From NCBI GenBank assembly GCA_024405635.1, contig JAKSOL010000007.1, positions 1-64,000 of the forward strand: DNA of 64,000 nucleotides. Reading direction: 5' to 3'. Shown here in pieces: positions 39,224 to 50,506 of this stretch. The DNA comes from Salinivirgaceae bacterium (lineage in GTDB: Bacteria > Bacteroidota > Bacteroidia > Bacteroidales > SZUA-534). A model generated the notes under the pieces. The model did no database searches, was not told the origin of the DNA, and was given only the letters and a program-made list of their open reading frames with translations. Numbering within the stretch: the stretch's first letter is position 1; every line of letters begins with the position of its first letter. The position numbers were made by a program, and so were the translations under genes.

Positions 39224-39354
39224 TTTTGACCGATAGTGAAAAGTGAATAATTAATAATTGTTAGTTCGTTGCATGCAATGTTCATATTAAACTGAACCAC
39301 AAATAATTGCATTGAGCCAACAATAGCAAACGAACTACTAAAACTGATACAATT

Positions 39355-40695
39355 ATGGGAAATCCAAAAGCATTTATGACCGTTCCTCGCAAGGAGGCCG
39401 GTTATCGCCCAATACAAGACCGCATCCACGATTTTGGCGAAGTGGAGCAGACTCTAAACTCAAAAGATCGCCAATTGCAAGCATCGCGCTGCATGGACTG
39501 CGGTGTGCCATTTTGCCACTGGGCTTGTCCGCTTGGCAACAAACAACCTGAGTGGAACGATGCTCTTTACAAAGGCAACTGGGAAGAGGCCTACAAACTT
39601 TTGTCGGAAACAAACGACTTTCCTGAATTTACAGGTCGCATTTGCCCAGCTTTGTGCGAAAAAAGTTGCGTGCTTAACCTTACAATGGGCGAGCCTACTA
39701 CTTGCCGCGAAAACGAGTGCGCAATTATTGAACACGCTTTTCTTGAGGGCTATGTTGTTCCAAAAAACTACGCTCGCAACGGTAAAAAAGTAGCTGTTAT
39801 TGGTGCTGGTCCTGCTGGTTTGTCGGTTAGCTGCCAACTAAACAAAATGGGCTACACAGTTACCGTGTTTGAAAAAAATGAGTCGGCTGGCGGTTTGCTC
39901 CGATTTGGTATTCCAAACTTCAAACTAAACAAAAGTGTAATCGACCGCCGCGTTGAATTGCTTGAGGCTGAAGGTATTACCTTCCTTTATAACCAAAATA
40001 TCGACTTGCAAAAGTTGCCAGAGGGATTTGATGCATACGCCATTTGCACAGGCACTCCAACAGCTCGCGACTTGAACATTGAGGGCCGCGAACTTAAAGG
40101 CATCTACTTGGCTCTTGAAATGTTGAGCCAACAAAACCGAGTTTTGGCTGGTCAAAAGTTTAAAGACAGCGAATTGGTTAACGCAAAAGGCAAAAAAGTG
40201 CTTGTGATTGGCGGTGGCGACACTGGTTCCGATTGCATTGGCACTGCTAACCGTCAAGGTGCTGTAAGTGTTACACAAATCGAAATTATGCCCGAGCCTC
40301 CTGTAGGTAGCAATCCTGCTACACCTTGGCCAATGTGGCCCAACATTAAAAAGACCACATCGAGCCACAAAGAGGGCTGCGAACGCCGCTGGTTGCTAAA
40401 CTCAAACAAGTTTATAGGCTCAAACGGAAAGCTTACAGGTGTTGAGGTTGAAGGCGTTATTTGGGAGCCAAATCCAAATGGTGGCCGCCCAATTATGAAA
40501 CTCGATGGCAAAAAAGAAATTATTGAGTGCGATATGGTTTTGCTAGCCATGGGATTTATCAAACCCGAGCACCCACAATATGCACCAAATGTGTTCCTAG
40601 TTGGTGATGCTGCAAGCGGTGCTAGTTTGGTTGTTCGCGCTTTGGCTTCGGGCCGAAAGGTTGCCAAAGAAATCGACAATTTCTTGAAACAATAA
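39355..40695 (+). CDS. gltD: Glutamate synthase small subunit
   Basis: RCMDCGVPFCH, FPEFTGRICPALCE, GAGPAG, GGGDTGSDC. Confidence 0.95.
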   Translation: MGNPKAFMTVPRKEAGYRPIQDRIHDFGEVEQTLNSKDRQLQASRCMDCGVPFCHWACPLGNKQPEWNDALYKGNWEEAYKLLSETNDFPEFTGRICPALCEKSCVLNLTMGEPTTCRENECAIIEHAFLEGYVVPKNYARNGKKVAVIGAGPAGLSVSCQLNKMGYTVTVFEKNESAGGLLRFGIPNFKLNKSVIDRRVELLEAEGITFLYNQNIDLQKLPEGFDAYAICTGTPTARDLNIEGRELKGIYLALEMLSQQNRVLAGQKFKDSELVNAKGKKVLVIGGGDTGSDCIGTANRQGAVSVTQIEIMPEPPVGSNPATPWPMWPNIKKTTSSHKEGCERRWLLNSNKFIGSNGKLTGVEVEGVIWEPNPNGGRPIMKLDGKKEIIECDMVLLAMGFIKPEHPQYAPNVFLVGDAASGASLVVRALASGRKVAKEIDNFLKQ

Positions 40696-40802
40696 AAGCA
40701 AGCAACTAATTAAAAACAGAACGATGAAATAAACGAAGTGGTAAAAACTAAAAGCCAGAAAGAATTAATTGACAGATGTTTAACTAATAAAAATTCAGAA
40801 TT

Positions 40803-41150
40803 ATGAAGAAAATTGAGGCAATTATTCGTAAGACGAAATTTGAGGAAGTAAAAGATGCCCTCCTCAATTCGAACATCGACTGGTTTGAGTACTGCCCAGT
40901 ACATGGTATTGGTCAAAGCCGACAAGAACGCATCTATCGTGGTGTGGTTTACAGCACCGATATGATTGAGCGTATGAAAATTACCATTGTTTGCCGCGAC
41001 GTGTTGGTTGATGCAACAGTTAAAGTTATTCGCGAAACTGCACACACTGGAAATGTAGGTGACGGCCGAATCTTTATCTCCGAAGTACTTGACTGCTGGT
41101 CAATTCGTACAGGCGACAATGGCGACACAGTACTAAAAGACAAGAAATAA
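40803..41150 (+). CDS. glnK: P-II nitrogen regulatory protein (amtB-linked)
   Basis: MKKIEAIIR, YRG T-loop, TGNVGDGRIF; adjacent to amtB. Confidence 0.88.
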   Translation: MKKIEAIIRKTKFEEVKDALLNSNIDWFEYCPVHGIGQSRQERIYRGVVYSTDMIERMKITIVCRDVLVDATVKVIRETAHTGNVGDGRIFISEVLDCWSIRTGDNGDTVLKDKK

Positions 41151-41186
41151 CCATTTGTTTATTAATCATTTAAATGTTTTGAAATT

Positions 41187-42443
41187 ATGTTAGCAACTAT
41201 ATTACAGGCCGTAGCCGAAAGTGCTATGGTTGAAGAAGCAAAGGACTTTGTAAACGGTTTGGATACCCTTTGGGTACTGTTGGGCGCTATGCTCGTGTTT
41301 TGGATGCAGCCAGGTTTTGCGTTGGTTGAGGCTGGTTTAACTCAAGCCAAAAACACCGCCAACATTCTTATGAAGAACTTTATGGACTTTATGGCCGGTA
41401 CTGTTCTTTATTGGATTCTTGGTTTTTCAATCATGTATGGTGCAGGCAACGCATTGTTTGGTTGGAGCGGTTTCTTCTTCATTGGCGAAGACAGCAACGT
41501 TCCTGCTGAGGCTACTTTCATTTTCCAAACTGTGTTTGCAGCAACCACAGCAACCATTGTTTCGGGTGCTATGGCTGAGCGTACCAAATTCTCAATGTAT
41601 GTAATCTACTCAATGCTCATCTCTGCCTTTATTTACCCAATTGAGGGTCACTGGTCATGGGGTGGCGGTTGGATGAGCGAACTTGGTTTCCACGACTTTG
41701 CAGGTTCAACTGTAGTTCACCTTTGCGGTGGAGCCTTGGCTTTGGCTGGTGCCATTGTACTTGGTCCACGTATTGGCAAATACGACAAAAACGGCAACTC
41801 ACGCGCTATTCCAGGTCACAACCTAGTGCTTTGCGCTTTGGGCGTGTTCTGCTTGTGGATTGGTTGGTTTGGTTTCAACCCATGTTCAACTGTTGCTGCA
41901 ACTGGCTACGCAAATGCAGTGTCAATGTCGCACGTGTTTGTAACTACCAACATGGCTGCTGCAGTGGGCGGTTTGGTTGCTTTGTTCTACACTTGGATTG
42001 TAGAGGGAAAACCAGGTTTGTCAATGGTTTGCAACGGTGTGTTGGCCGGTTTGGTTGGTATAACTGCAGGTTGCGATTGCGTTGACATTTGGGCAGCTGC
42101 AATTATTGGTGGCGTTGTGTCATTGGTAATGTGTATGTCGGTAAGCTTTATCGATAAGGTGCTAAAAGTTGACGACCCTGTTGGTGCTGTTTCAGTTCAC
42201 GGCGTGGGCGGTTTGCTTGGTACCATTCTTACTGGCGTATTCTGCAACACTGAGGCTTACGGAGTAGAGGCTAGCATTGGCGTTCAAACTCTTGGCGCTG
42301 TTGCAGTTGCAGTGTTTGCCTTTGTAGTTGGCATGGTATTGTTCACCATCATTAAAAAGACCCACGGCTTGCGTTGCGATCGTCGCATCGAGGAAGAAGG
42401 TCTTGATGTTTACGAACACGGCGAGTCAGCTTACAACAACTAA
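41187..42443 (+). CDS. amtB: Ammonium transporter
   Basis: MQPGFALVEAG, SGAMAER, HDFAGSTVVH, GWFGFN, DDPVGAVSVHG, GLDVYEHGE. Confidence 0.95.
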   Translation: MLATILQAVAESAMVEEAKDFVNGLDTLWVLLGAMLVFWMQPGFALVEAGLTQAKNTANILMKNFMDFMAGTVLYWILGFSIMYGAGNALFGWSGFFFIGEDSNVPAEATFIFQTVFAATTATIVSGAMAERTKFSMYVIYSMLISAFIYPIEGHWSWGGGWMSELGFHDFAGSTVVHLCGGALALAGAIVLGPRIGKYDKNGNSRAIPGHNLVLCALGVFCLWIGWFGFNPCSTVAATGYANAVSMSHVFVTTNMAAAVGGLVALFYTWIVEGKPGLSMVCNGVLAGLVGITAGCDCVDIWAAAIIGGVVSLVMCMSVSFIDKVLKVDDPVGAVSVHGVGGLLGTILTGVFCNTEAYGVEASIGVQTLGAVAVAVFAFVVGMVLFTIIKKTHGLRCDRRIEEEGLDVYEHGESAYNN

Positions 42444-42459
42444 TAACAGATTTGTTGAG

Positions 42460-42534
42460 TATCAGTTTTTATGGGGGCGGCCTTAGGGCCGTCTCTATTT
42501 TAATTTAACTGATGCTCCATTATAAAAACTGATA
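42460..42534 (+). other. Structured amtB-asnB intergenic RNA element
   Basis: Outer stem tatcagtttttat/ataaaaactgata enclosing a ggggcggcc/ggccgtctc hairpin. Confidence 0.55.
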
Positions 42535-42598
42535 ATTAAACAAACCGATGTCTTTGCTGAACAGACATCAATTTAACTAACTAAAAATTTAACGAACG

Positions 42599-44263
42599 AT
42601 GTGTGGAATTGTAGGTATTTTCAATATTGAGCAGCAATCAACCGAGCTGCGTAACAAGGCGTTAGCCATGTCGGCAAAAATTCGTCACCGTGGTCCCGAT
42701 TGGAGTGGTATTTACTGCGGTCAACGTTGCATCTTGGCTCACGAGCGCCTTTCAATTGTCGATCCTCAAAGTGGTCGCCAACCTTTGTACTCGCCCGACC
42801 GCAAACAAGTTTTGGCGGTTAATGGCGAAATTTACAACCATCAAGCTATTCGTGCTCAATATGCTGGCAAATACGAGTTTCAAACTGGCTCCGACTGCGA
42901 AGTTATTCTTGCTCTTTACCGCGAAAAAGGCATCAATTTTCTTGAAGATTTGAATGGCATTTTTGCTTTTGCTCTTTACGACGAGGAGCGCGACGAATTT
43001 CTTATTGCACGCGACCCAATTGGCGTTATTCCTCTTTACATTGGCAAAGATGCCGATGGCAAAGTGTATGTTGCCAGCGAGTTAAAAGCTCTTGAGGGCT
43101 TTTGCGATAGCTACGAACCTTTCCTTCCGGGCCATTACTATCACAGTGCCGAAGGTGAACTTAAACGCTGGTGGACTCGCGACTGGTTTGAGTATAATGC
43201 AGTAAAAAACAACCCAGCAAGTGTTGCCGAATTGCACGATGCTCTTGAGGCTGCAGTTAAGCGCCAACTTATGAGCGATGTGCCTTACGGTGTATTGCTA
43301 TCGGGCGGTTTAGATAGTTCGGTAACTTCGGCTATTGCTAAAAAATTTGCTAGTAAACGTATTGAGAGTGGCGACAAAACCGAAGCTTGGTGGCCTCAAC
43401 TTCACTCGTTTGCTGTGGGCCTAAAAGGTGCTCCCGATTTGGCCAAAGCCCGCGAGGTTGCTAAACACATTGGAACCGTTCATCACGAGATAAACTACAC
43501 CGTGCAAGAGGGCTTAGACGCCATTCGCGATGTGATTTATTTTATTGAAACATACGATGTTACAACCATTCGTGCCAGCACTCCAATGTATTTGCTTGCC
43601 CGTGTAATTCGCAGCATGGGTATAAAAATGGTATTGAGTGGCGAGGGTGCCGACGAGATTTTTGGCGGTTACCTTTACTTCCACAAAGCTCCAAGTGCCG
43701 AAGAGTTCCACAAAGAAACTGTGCGCAAACTTGGTAAACTATATATGTACGACTGCCTACGTGCCAACAAATCGCTGAGCGCTTGGGGCATCGAAGGTCG
43801 CGTGCCTTTCCTCGACAAAGAATTTCTTGATGTTGCAATGCGCCTAAATCCTGAAGTTAAAATGTGCCCTGGTTCAACCATCGAAAAGAAAATTGTGCGC
43901 GAGGCATTTGCCGATATGTTGCCCGAGAGCGTTGCATGGCGTCAAAAAGAGCAATTCTCCGACGGCGTAGGCTACAGCTGGATTGATAGCTTGAAAGAAC
44001 TAACAGCAAGCCAAGTAACCGACGAGCAAATGGCTCATGCTGCCGAGCGTTTCCCAATAAACCCACCAATGAACAAAGAAGAGTACTACTATCGCAGCAT
44101 CTTTGAGCAACACTTCCCAAGCGATTCGGCTGCGCGTAGTGTGCCTAGCGAAAAAAGTGTGGCTTGCTCTACTGCCATCGCTCTTGAGTGGGACGAGGCT
44201 TTCAAAAACCTTAACGACCCTAGCGGCCGCGCTGTAAAAGGTGTTCACGAAAGTGCTTATTAA
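42599..44263 (+). CDS. asnB: Asparagine synthase (glutamine-hydrolysing)
   Basis: MCGI, HRGPDWSG, NGEIYNH, LLSGGLDSS, SGEGADE, WRQKEQFSDGVG. Confidence 0.96.
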   Translation: MCGIVGIFNIEQQSTELRNKALAMSAKIRHRGPDWSGIYCGQRCILAHERLSIVDPQSGRQPLYSPDRKQVLAVNGEIYNHQAIRAQYAGKYEFQTGSDCEVILALYREKGINFLEDLNGIFAFALYDEERDEFLIARDPIGVIPLYIGKDADGKVYVASELKALEGFCDSYEPFLPGHYYHSAEGELKRWWTRDWFEYNAVKNNPASVAELHDALEAAVKRQLMSDVPYGVLLSGGLDSSVTSAIAKKFASKRIESGDKTEAWWPQLHSFAVGLKGAPDLAKAREVAKHIGTVHHEINYTVQEGLDAIRDVIYFIETYDVTTIRASTPMYLLARVIRSMGIKMVLSGEGADEIFGGYLYFHKAPSAEEFHKETVRKLGKLYMYDCLRANKSLSAWGIEGRVPFLDKEFLDVAMRLNPEVKMCPGSTIEKKIVREAFADMLPESVAWRQKEQFSDGVGYSWIDSLKELTASQVTDEQMAHAAERFPINPPMNKEEYYYRSIFEQHFPSDSAARSVPSEKSVACSTAIALEWDEAFKNLNDPSGRAVKGVHESAY

Positions 44264-44330
44264 TTTCAGTTAATCGGTTTATAACGAATAACTAACACAA
44301 AAAGGTGAAACGTTTAACAAGAAACTGAGT

Positions 44331-45701
44331 ATGGATTCTTTGCACGAAGAATGTGGCGTTTTTGGCATCTTTGGCGTCGAAAATGCAGCCGAAATGGCCT
44401 ACTATGGACTTCATGCGTTGCAACATCGTGGTCAAGAGGGTTGCGGCATTGTTGCTGTCGATTCTAACGGACAACTTAAACGCATTAAAGGCGAAGGGCT
44501 TGTTCACGAGGTGTTTAACGAGGATAAAATTGCTAATCTGACTGGCAATATGGCCATTGGCCACGTGCGTTACTCAACCACAGGTGGCGGTGGCATCGAA
44601 AATGTGCAGCCGTTTATGTACATACACAGTACAGGCGATTTTGCCTTAGCTCATAATGGCAATCTTGTTAACTACAAGCATCTGCGCGAGCAAATGGAAG
44701 AGACTGGTAGTTTGTTCCGCTCGTCAAGCGATAGCGAAATTCTAGCTCATCTTATTAAGAAAACAACCACAGGCAAAGACCAACCTCGCATCTATGCTCT
44801 TATTGATGCTCTTAACGTAATTGAGGGCGCCTTTGCATTCTTAATAATGACCGCCAACCGCATTTATGCTTGCCGCGACCGCAACGGTTTACGCCCGCTT
44901 GCTATTGGCACTTTGCCCAACGGCGGCTATGTTGTTGCTAGCGAAACATGTGCATTCGACACCATTGGTGCCACTTTTTTGCGCGATGTTGAACCTGGCG
45001 AAATAGTGTCAATCGACAATCACGGTTTGCGAAGCAATTTCTTCACCCAAAACACACGTCATGCCATGTGTGCCATGGAGTTCATATACTTTGCTCGCCC
45101 CGATAGCGATATTGACGGCTGCAATGTTCACACGTTTCGCAAAGAGTCGGGCCGACGTTTGTTTGCCGAGGCTCCTGCCAATGCCGATATGGTGGTTGGT
45201 GTGCCCGACAGTAGTTTGAGCGCTGCTATGGGTTACGCCGAGGCTAGCGGTTTGCCCTACGAAATGGGGTTGATTAAAAACAAATACATTGCCCGAACCT
45301 TTATTCAACCATCGCAAGCGTTGCGCGAAAAAGGTGTTCGCATGAAACTCTCGGCTGTAAAGTCGGTGGTTAACGGAAAAAGGGTAGTGCTAATCGATGA
45401 TTCAATTGTGCGAGGTACTACATCGTTGCGTATTGTAAACATGCTTCGCGAGGCTGGTGCTACCGAGGTTCATGTGCGCATTGCTAGCGCACCATTGCGC
45501 AAACCTTGTTTCTATGGCGTCGATATAAGTAACGAAGATGAACTTATTAGCGCTCGCTTTTCGGTTGACGAGGTTTGCAAAAAAATTGGAGCCGACTCGC
45601 TCGCTTTTCTTTCAGAAGATGCAATGAAAGCTAGTGCAAACCGCAACGACATGTGTTTTGCTTGTTTTAACGGAAAATATCCAACCAATGTTAATGGTTA
45701 A
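44331..45701 (+). CDS. purF: Amidophosphoribosyltransferase (propeptide/Fe-S type)
   Basis: EECGVFG, LQHRGQE, GHVRYST, YFARPDS, DDSIVRGTT, PCFYGVD, CFACF. Confidence 0.94.
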   Translation: MDSLHEECGVFGIFGVENAAEMAYYGLHALQHRGQEGCGIVAVDSNGQLKRIKGEGLVHEVFNEDKIANLTGNMAIGHVRYSTTGGGGIENVQPFMYIHSTGDFALAHNGNLVNYKHLREQMEETGSLFRSSSDSEILAHLIKKTTTGKDQPRIYALIDALNVIEGAFAFLIMTANRIYACRDRNGLRPLAIGTLPNGGYVVASETCAFDTIGATFLRDVEPGEIVSIDNHGLRSNFFTQNTRHAMCAMEFIYFARPDSDIDGCNVHTFRKESGRRLFAEAPANADMVVGVPDSSLSAAMGYAEASGLPYEMGLIKNKYIARTFIQPSQALREKGVRMKLSAVKSVVNGKRVVLIDDSIVRGTTSLRIVNMLREAGATEVHVRIASAPLRKPCFYGVDISNEDELISARFSVDEVCKKIGADSLAFLSEDAMKASANRNDMCFACFNGKYPTNVNG

Positions 45702-45749
45702 ATAGCCATTCCCCCAAAAAAAAACGAGAAACGAAAAACGAATAAATAA

Positions 45750-47360
<1,611 letters not shown>

Positions 47361-47381
47361 CCTTATTTTAAGTTTATTAAA

Positions 47382-47420
47382 ACAAAAAATCCCCAAGTTT
47401 TGGCTTGGGGATTTTTTTGT
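47382..47420. terminator. Bidirectional intrinsic terminator
   Basis: aaaaaatccccaag/cttggggatttttt between convergent pyrG and DMT genes. Confidence 0.85.
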
Positions 47421-47441
47421 ATTGATAGTAAAAATGACTTG

Positions 47442-48368
47442 CTATTCGGTTTTTATCAAATCGCTCTTGGCCTTGCTTTTGTTTACCATTATAACACCAA
47501 CAACAACCAAAATGGCGGCTACCATTTTTTGCCAGTTGAGCGAGTCCATTCCAAGATAAATGCTCATTACAGCAGCAATTAGTGGTTGCAAATAAGTGTA
47601 AAGGCTTACAACGGTTGGCCGCAGACTTTTTTGTCCCACGGGAATAAGAAAATAGGCCACAAAGGTTGCCATAATAATCAAGTAGGATAGTTCAAGGTAG
47701 TAGTTTGTAGGAATGGTTGAGTAATTAACGCTTGCAAGGTCGGTTACACTGAAGGGCAACGACACTAAAAGCGAAAACAAAAACATCCACTTCATAAACG
47801 TAACTACACTGTATTTGGCAATTAGTGGGCGGAAAATGCCAAGGTACATGGCAAAAAATACGTTGTTGAAAATTAAAAGCACCACGCCCATCGGTTTGGT
47901 TTCCGATACACCATTTGAGCCTAGGCTTACGCTGTTGAGTATAAGCATCACCACACCAGCAAAACCAATAATCACGCCGCCTGCTTTTTTCCATGTAATT
48001 GGTTCTTTAAGAGCTATGGCGGCCACAATCATTGTAAAAATGGGCACAAGAGGCGAAATAATTGCAGCATCAAGTGATGTGGTTATGGTTATGCCAACCA
48101 AAAAAGTCATTTGGGTAAGAAACAAACCTAACATTGATGCTATGAATATTTTGCAAAAGTCGGCACGGTCAATTTTTTCTTTTGGCATAAAAACCGAAGC
48201 TAACCAAAGTAGCGCACTAGCGCCAAGTGCACGCAAGGTAAACAACCCTATGGGCGAAATTATGTGCGAGTTGGCAATACCTTTGCACACAATAATGTTG
48301 AATCCAAAAATGGCGTATGCCGTAAAGGCTGCAGCGTGGCCAATAAGTTTGTTGTTGTTTGCGTCCAT
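47442..48368 (-). CDS. DMT/EamA family transporter
   Basis: About ten hydrophobic segments in two repeats; LKEPIT..K..G and YTYLQP motifs. Confidence 0.88.
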   Translation of the reverse strand: MDANNNKLIGHAAAFTAYAIFGFNIIVCKGIANSHIISPIGLFTLRALGASALLWLASVFMPKEKIDRADFCKIFIASMLGLFLTQMTFLVGITITTSLDAAIISPLVPIFTMIVAAIALKEPITWKKAGGVIIGFAGVVMLILNSVSLGSNGVSETKPMGVVLLIFNNVFFAMYLGIFRPLIAKYSVVTFMKWMFLFSLLVSLPFSVTDLASVNYSTIPTNYYLELSYLIIMATFVAYFLIPVGQKSLRPTVVSLYTYLQPLIAAVMSIYLGMDSLNWQKMVAAILVVVGVIMVNKSKAKSDLIKTE

Positions 48369-48388
48369 TCTTTATGTTGTTGTTTGTG

Positions 48389-50491
48389 CTACGAAATGCG
48401 GCCCCAATCAAACTCATATCGCCAACGGCGGGTTAATTCGCTTAGCAGAATAGAGTTGTTGTTATTGGCAAGGGTAGGGTCGTTGTCTAGTACTTGCTCG
48501 GCAGCATTTCGGGCAATAATCAAAATTTGGTTGTCGGTGCTAAGGTTGGCAATTTTCAGGTTAATGTCTAGTCCGCTTTGTTGTGTTCCTTCAAGGTCGC
48601 CAGGTCCGCGCAGTTTAAGGTCGGCTTCGGCAATGGCAAAACCGTCGCTTGTTTGCACCATGGTTTGCAAGCGTTGGCGAGCATCGGTGGTAAGTTTATT
48701 GCCCGACATGAGTATGCAGTACGACTGGTCAGCTCCACGGCCTACACGTCCGCGTAATTGGTGCAGTTGGCTCAAACCAAATCGTTCAGCGCTTTCAATA
48801 ACCATTACCGAGGCATTTGGCACGTTTACACCTACTTCAATCACTGTGGTTGCTATCAGTATATCGGCCTGATGGTTTATGAAGTAGTTCATCGATATGT
48901 CTTTGTCGGCTGGTTTCATTTGTCCGTGTACCACGCTTATTGAGTATTGCGGTGGCGGAAAAGCGCGCAATATGCTTTCAACTCCATCTTCAAGGTACTT
49001 GTAGTCGCTCGACTCCGATTCCTTTATCATTGGATACACAATGTAAATCTGTCGGCCAAGTTTTATTTGGTCGCGCATAAATTGAAATACTTGCAGCCTT
49101 TTTGTGTCGAAGAAATGGTAGGTTTTAATTGGTTTTCGGCCTGGTGGCAGTTCGTCAATTACCGACACGTCGAGGTCGCCATACAGAGTCATTGCCAAGG
49201 TGCGAGGAATGGGTGTGGCGGTCATTATAAGCACGTGTGGTGGTGTGTTGTTTTTCTTCCACAATTTGGCGCGTTGTGCTACTCCAAAACGGTGTTGTTC
49301 GTCAATCACTACCATGCCAATGTTGTTAAACACCACGTTGTCTTCAATAAGTGCGTGAGTTCCAACCACAATTTTTAGTTGTCCTGAAGCTAAATCGTCA
49401 AGCAATTTTTTTCGCACCGATTGTTTGGTTGATCCTGTGAGTAATGCTACAGGCAGTCCCATTGGTTGCAGCAAATCGCAAAACGACTTGTAGTGCTGTG
49501 TGGCCAATATTTCGGTTGGTGCCATAATGCAAGCTTGAAAACCGTTGTCAATGGCCAACAATATGCTCATAAGTGCTACAAGTGTTTTTCCGCTACCAAC
49601 ATCGCCTTGCAGCAAACGGTTCATTTGGTAACCAGTGTTGGTGTCGTGTCTAATCTCGTGTAGCACTCGTTTTTGTGCTCCAGTTAGTTCAAACGGAAGG
49701 TGCTTTGAGTAAAAGGTGTTAAAATATTCGCCTACAGTGGTAAACCTATGCCCGCCAAAGGCTTTGGCTCTATGTCCTTTTATTCGTAGCATTTTAAGTT
49801 GTATGTAAAACAACTCTTCAAATTTTAATCGAAAACGAGCCCTTTCAAGTTCTGCTTGGCTTTGTGGAATGTGTATGTTCATTAGCGCATCGCCAAGTTT
49901 CATAAGATTTAGTTGCTCAATAATGTAGGCGGGTAAAGTTTCGTGTATCGAGCCTTTTATTTGTTGGTGTAGAGCTATTTGAATGTTGTGAATGGTGCGC
50001 GATGTTACATTGCGCGTTTTCATTTTTTCGGTAGTGTTATATAGTGGCAATAGCGCTGCCGATAGGTTTTGTTTGTGCTTGTCCATTGTCTCCATTTCGG
50101 GGTGAACAATGTTCAAGTTGCGGTTAAATTCGCTAGGCTTACCAAACACCACATATTCCTCGTTCAGTTTTAGCGACGAGCGTATCCATTTAATTCCGCG
50201 AAACCATACCAACTGAATCAGTCCTGTTTCGTCGGCAAAATAGGCTATCATTCGCTGTTGACGGCCTTCGCCAATAACATCAACTTTGGTAATTCGGCCT
50301 TTAATCTGAACCCAACCAAGTTGCTCGTTTAATTGGTTAATGGGGTAGTATCGAGTGCGGTCAAGATGTCGGTACGGAAAGTAATACAACATGTCGCGAA
50401 CTGTTTTTATGTTCAGTTCGGTTGCTAAAATGTTGGCTCGTTCGGTTCCAACACCTTTTAGGTACGTTATGTTGTCGTCAAGGTTTAGCAA
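48389..50491 (-). CDS. recG: ATP-dependent DNA helicase RecG
   Basis: LKGVG, RLLQGDVGSGKT, DEQHRFGV, MTATPIPRTL, QLHQLRGRVGRG, DLKLRGPG. Confidence 0.96.
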   Translation of the reverse strand: MLNLDDNITYLKGVGTERANILATELNIKTVRDMLYYFPYRHLDRTRYYPINQLNEQLGWVQIKGRITKVDVIGEGRQQRMIAYFADETGLIQLVWFRGIKWIRSSLKLNEEYVVFGKPSEFNRNLNIVHPEMETMDKHKQNLSAALLPLYNTTEKMKTRNVTSRTIHNIQIALHQQIKGSIHETLPAYIIEQLNLMKLGDALMNIHIPQSQAELERARFRLKFEELFYIQLKMLRIKGHRAKAFGGHRFTTVGEYFNTFYSKHLPFELTGAQKRVLHEIRHDTNTGYQMNRLLQGDVGSGKTLVALMSILLAIDNGFQACIMAPTEILATQHYKSFCDLLQPMGLPVALLTGSTKQSVRKKLLDDLASGQLKIVVGTHALIEDNVVFNNIGMVVIDEQHRFGVAQRAKLWKKNNTPPHVLIMTATPIPRTLAMTLYGDLDVSVIDELPPGRKPIKTYHFFDTKRLQVFQFMRDQIKLGRQIYIVYPMIKESESSDYKYLEDGVESILRAFPPPQYSISVVHGQMKPADKDISMNYFINHQADILIATTVIEVGVNVPNASVMVIESAERFGLSQLHQLRGRVGRGADQSYCILMSGNKLTTDARQRLQTMVQTSDGFAIAEADLKLRGPGDLEGTQQSGLDINLKIANLSTDNQILIIARNAAEQVLDNDPTLANNNNSILLSELTRRWRYEFDWGRIS

Positions 50492-50506
50492 TGTGTTACC
50501 GTTTAA

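Noticed and set aside
39213-39260. tgaagagtga...gtgaaaagtgaa short repeats between gltB and gltD
   Set aside because: Only two or three degenerate units and no associated ORF; not enough to call an element.
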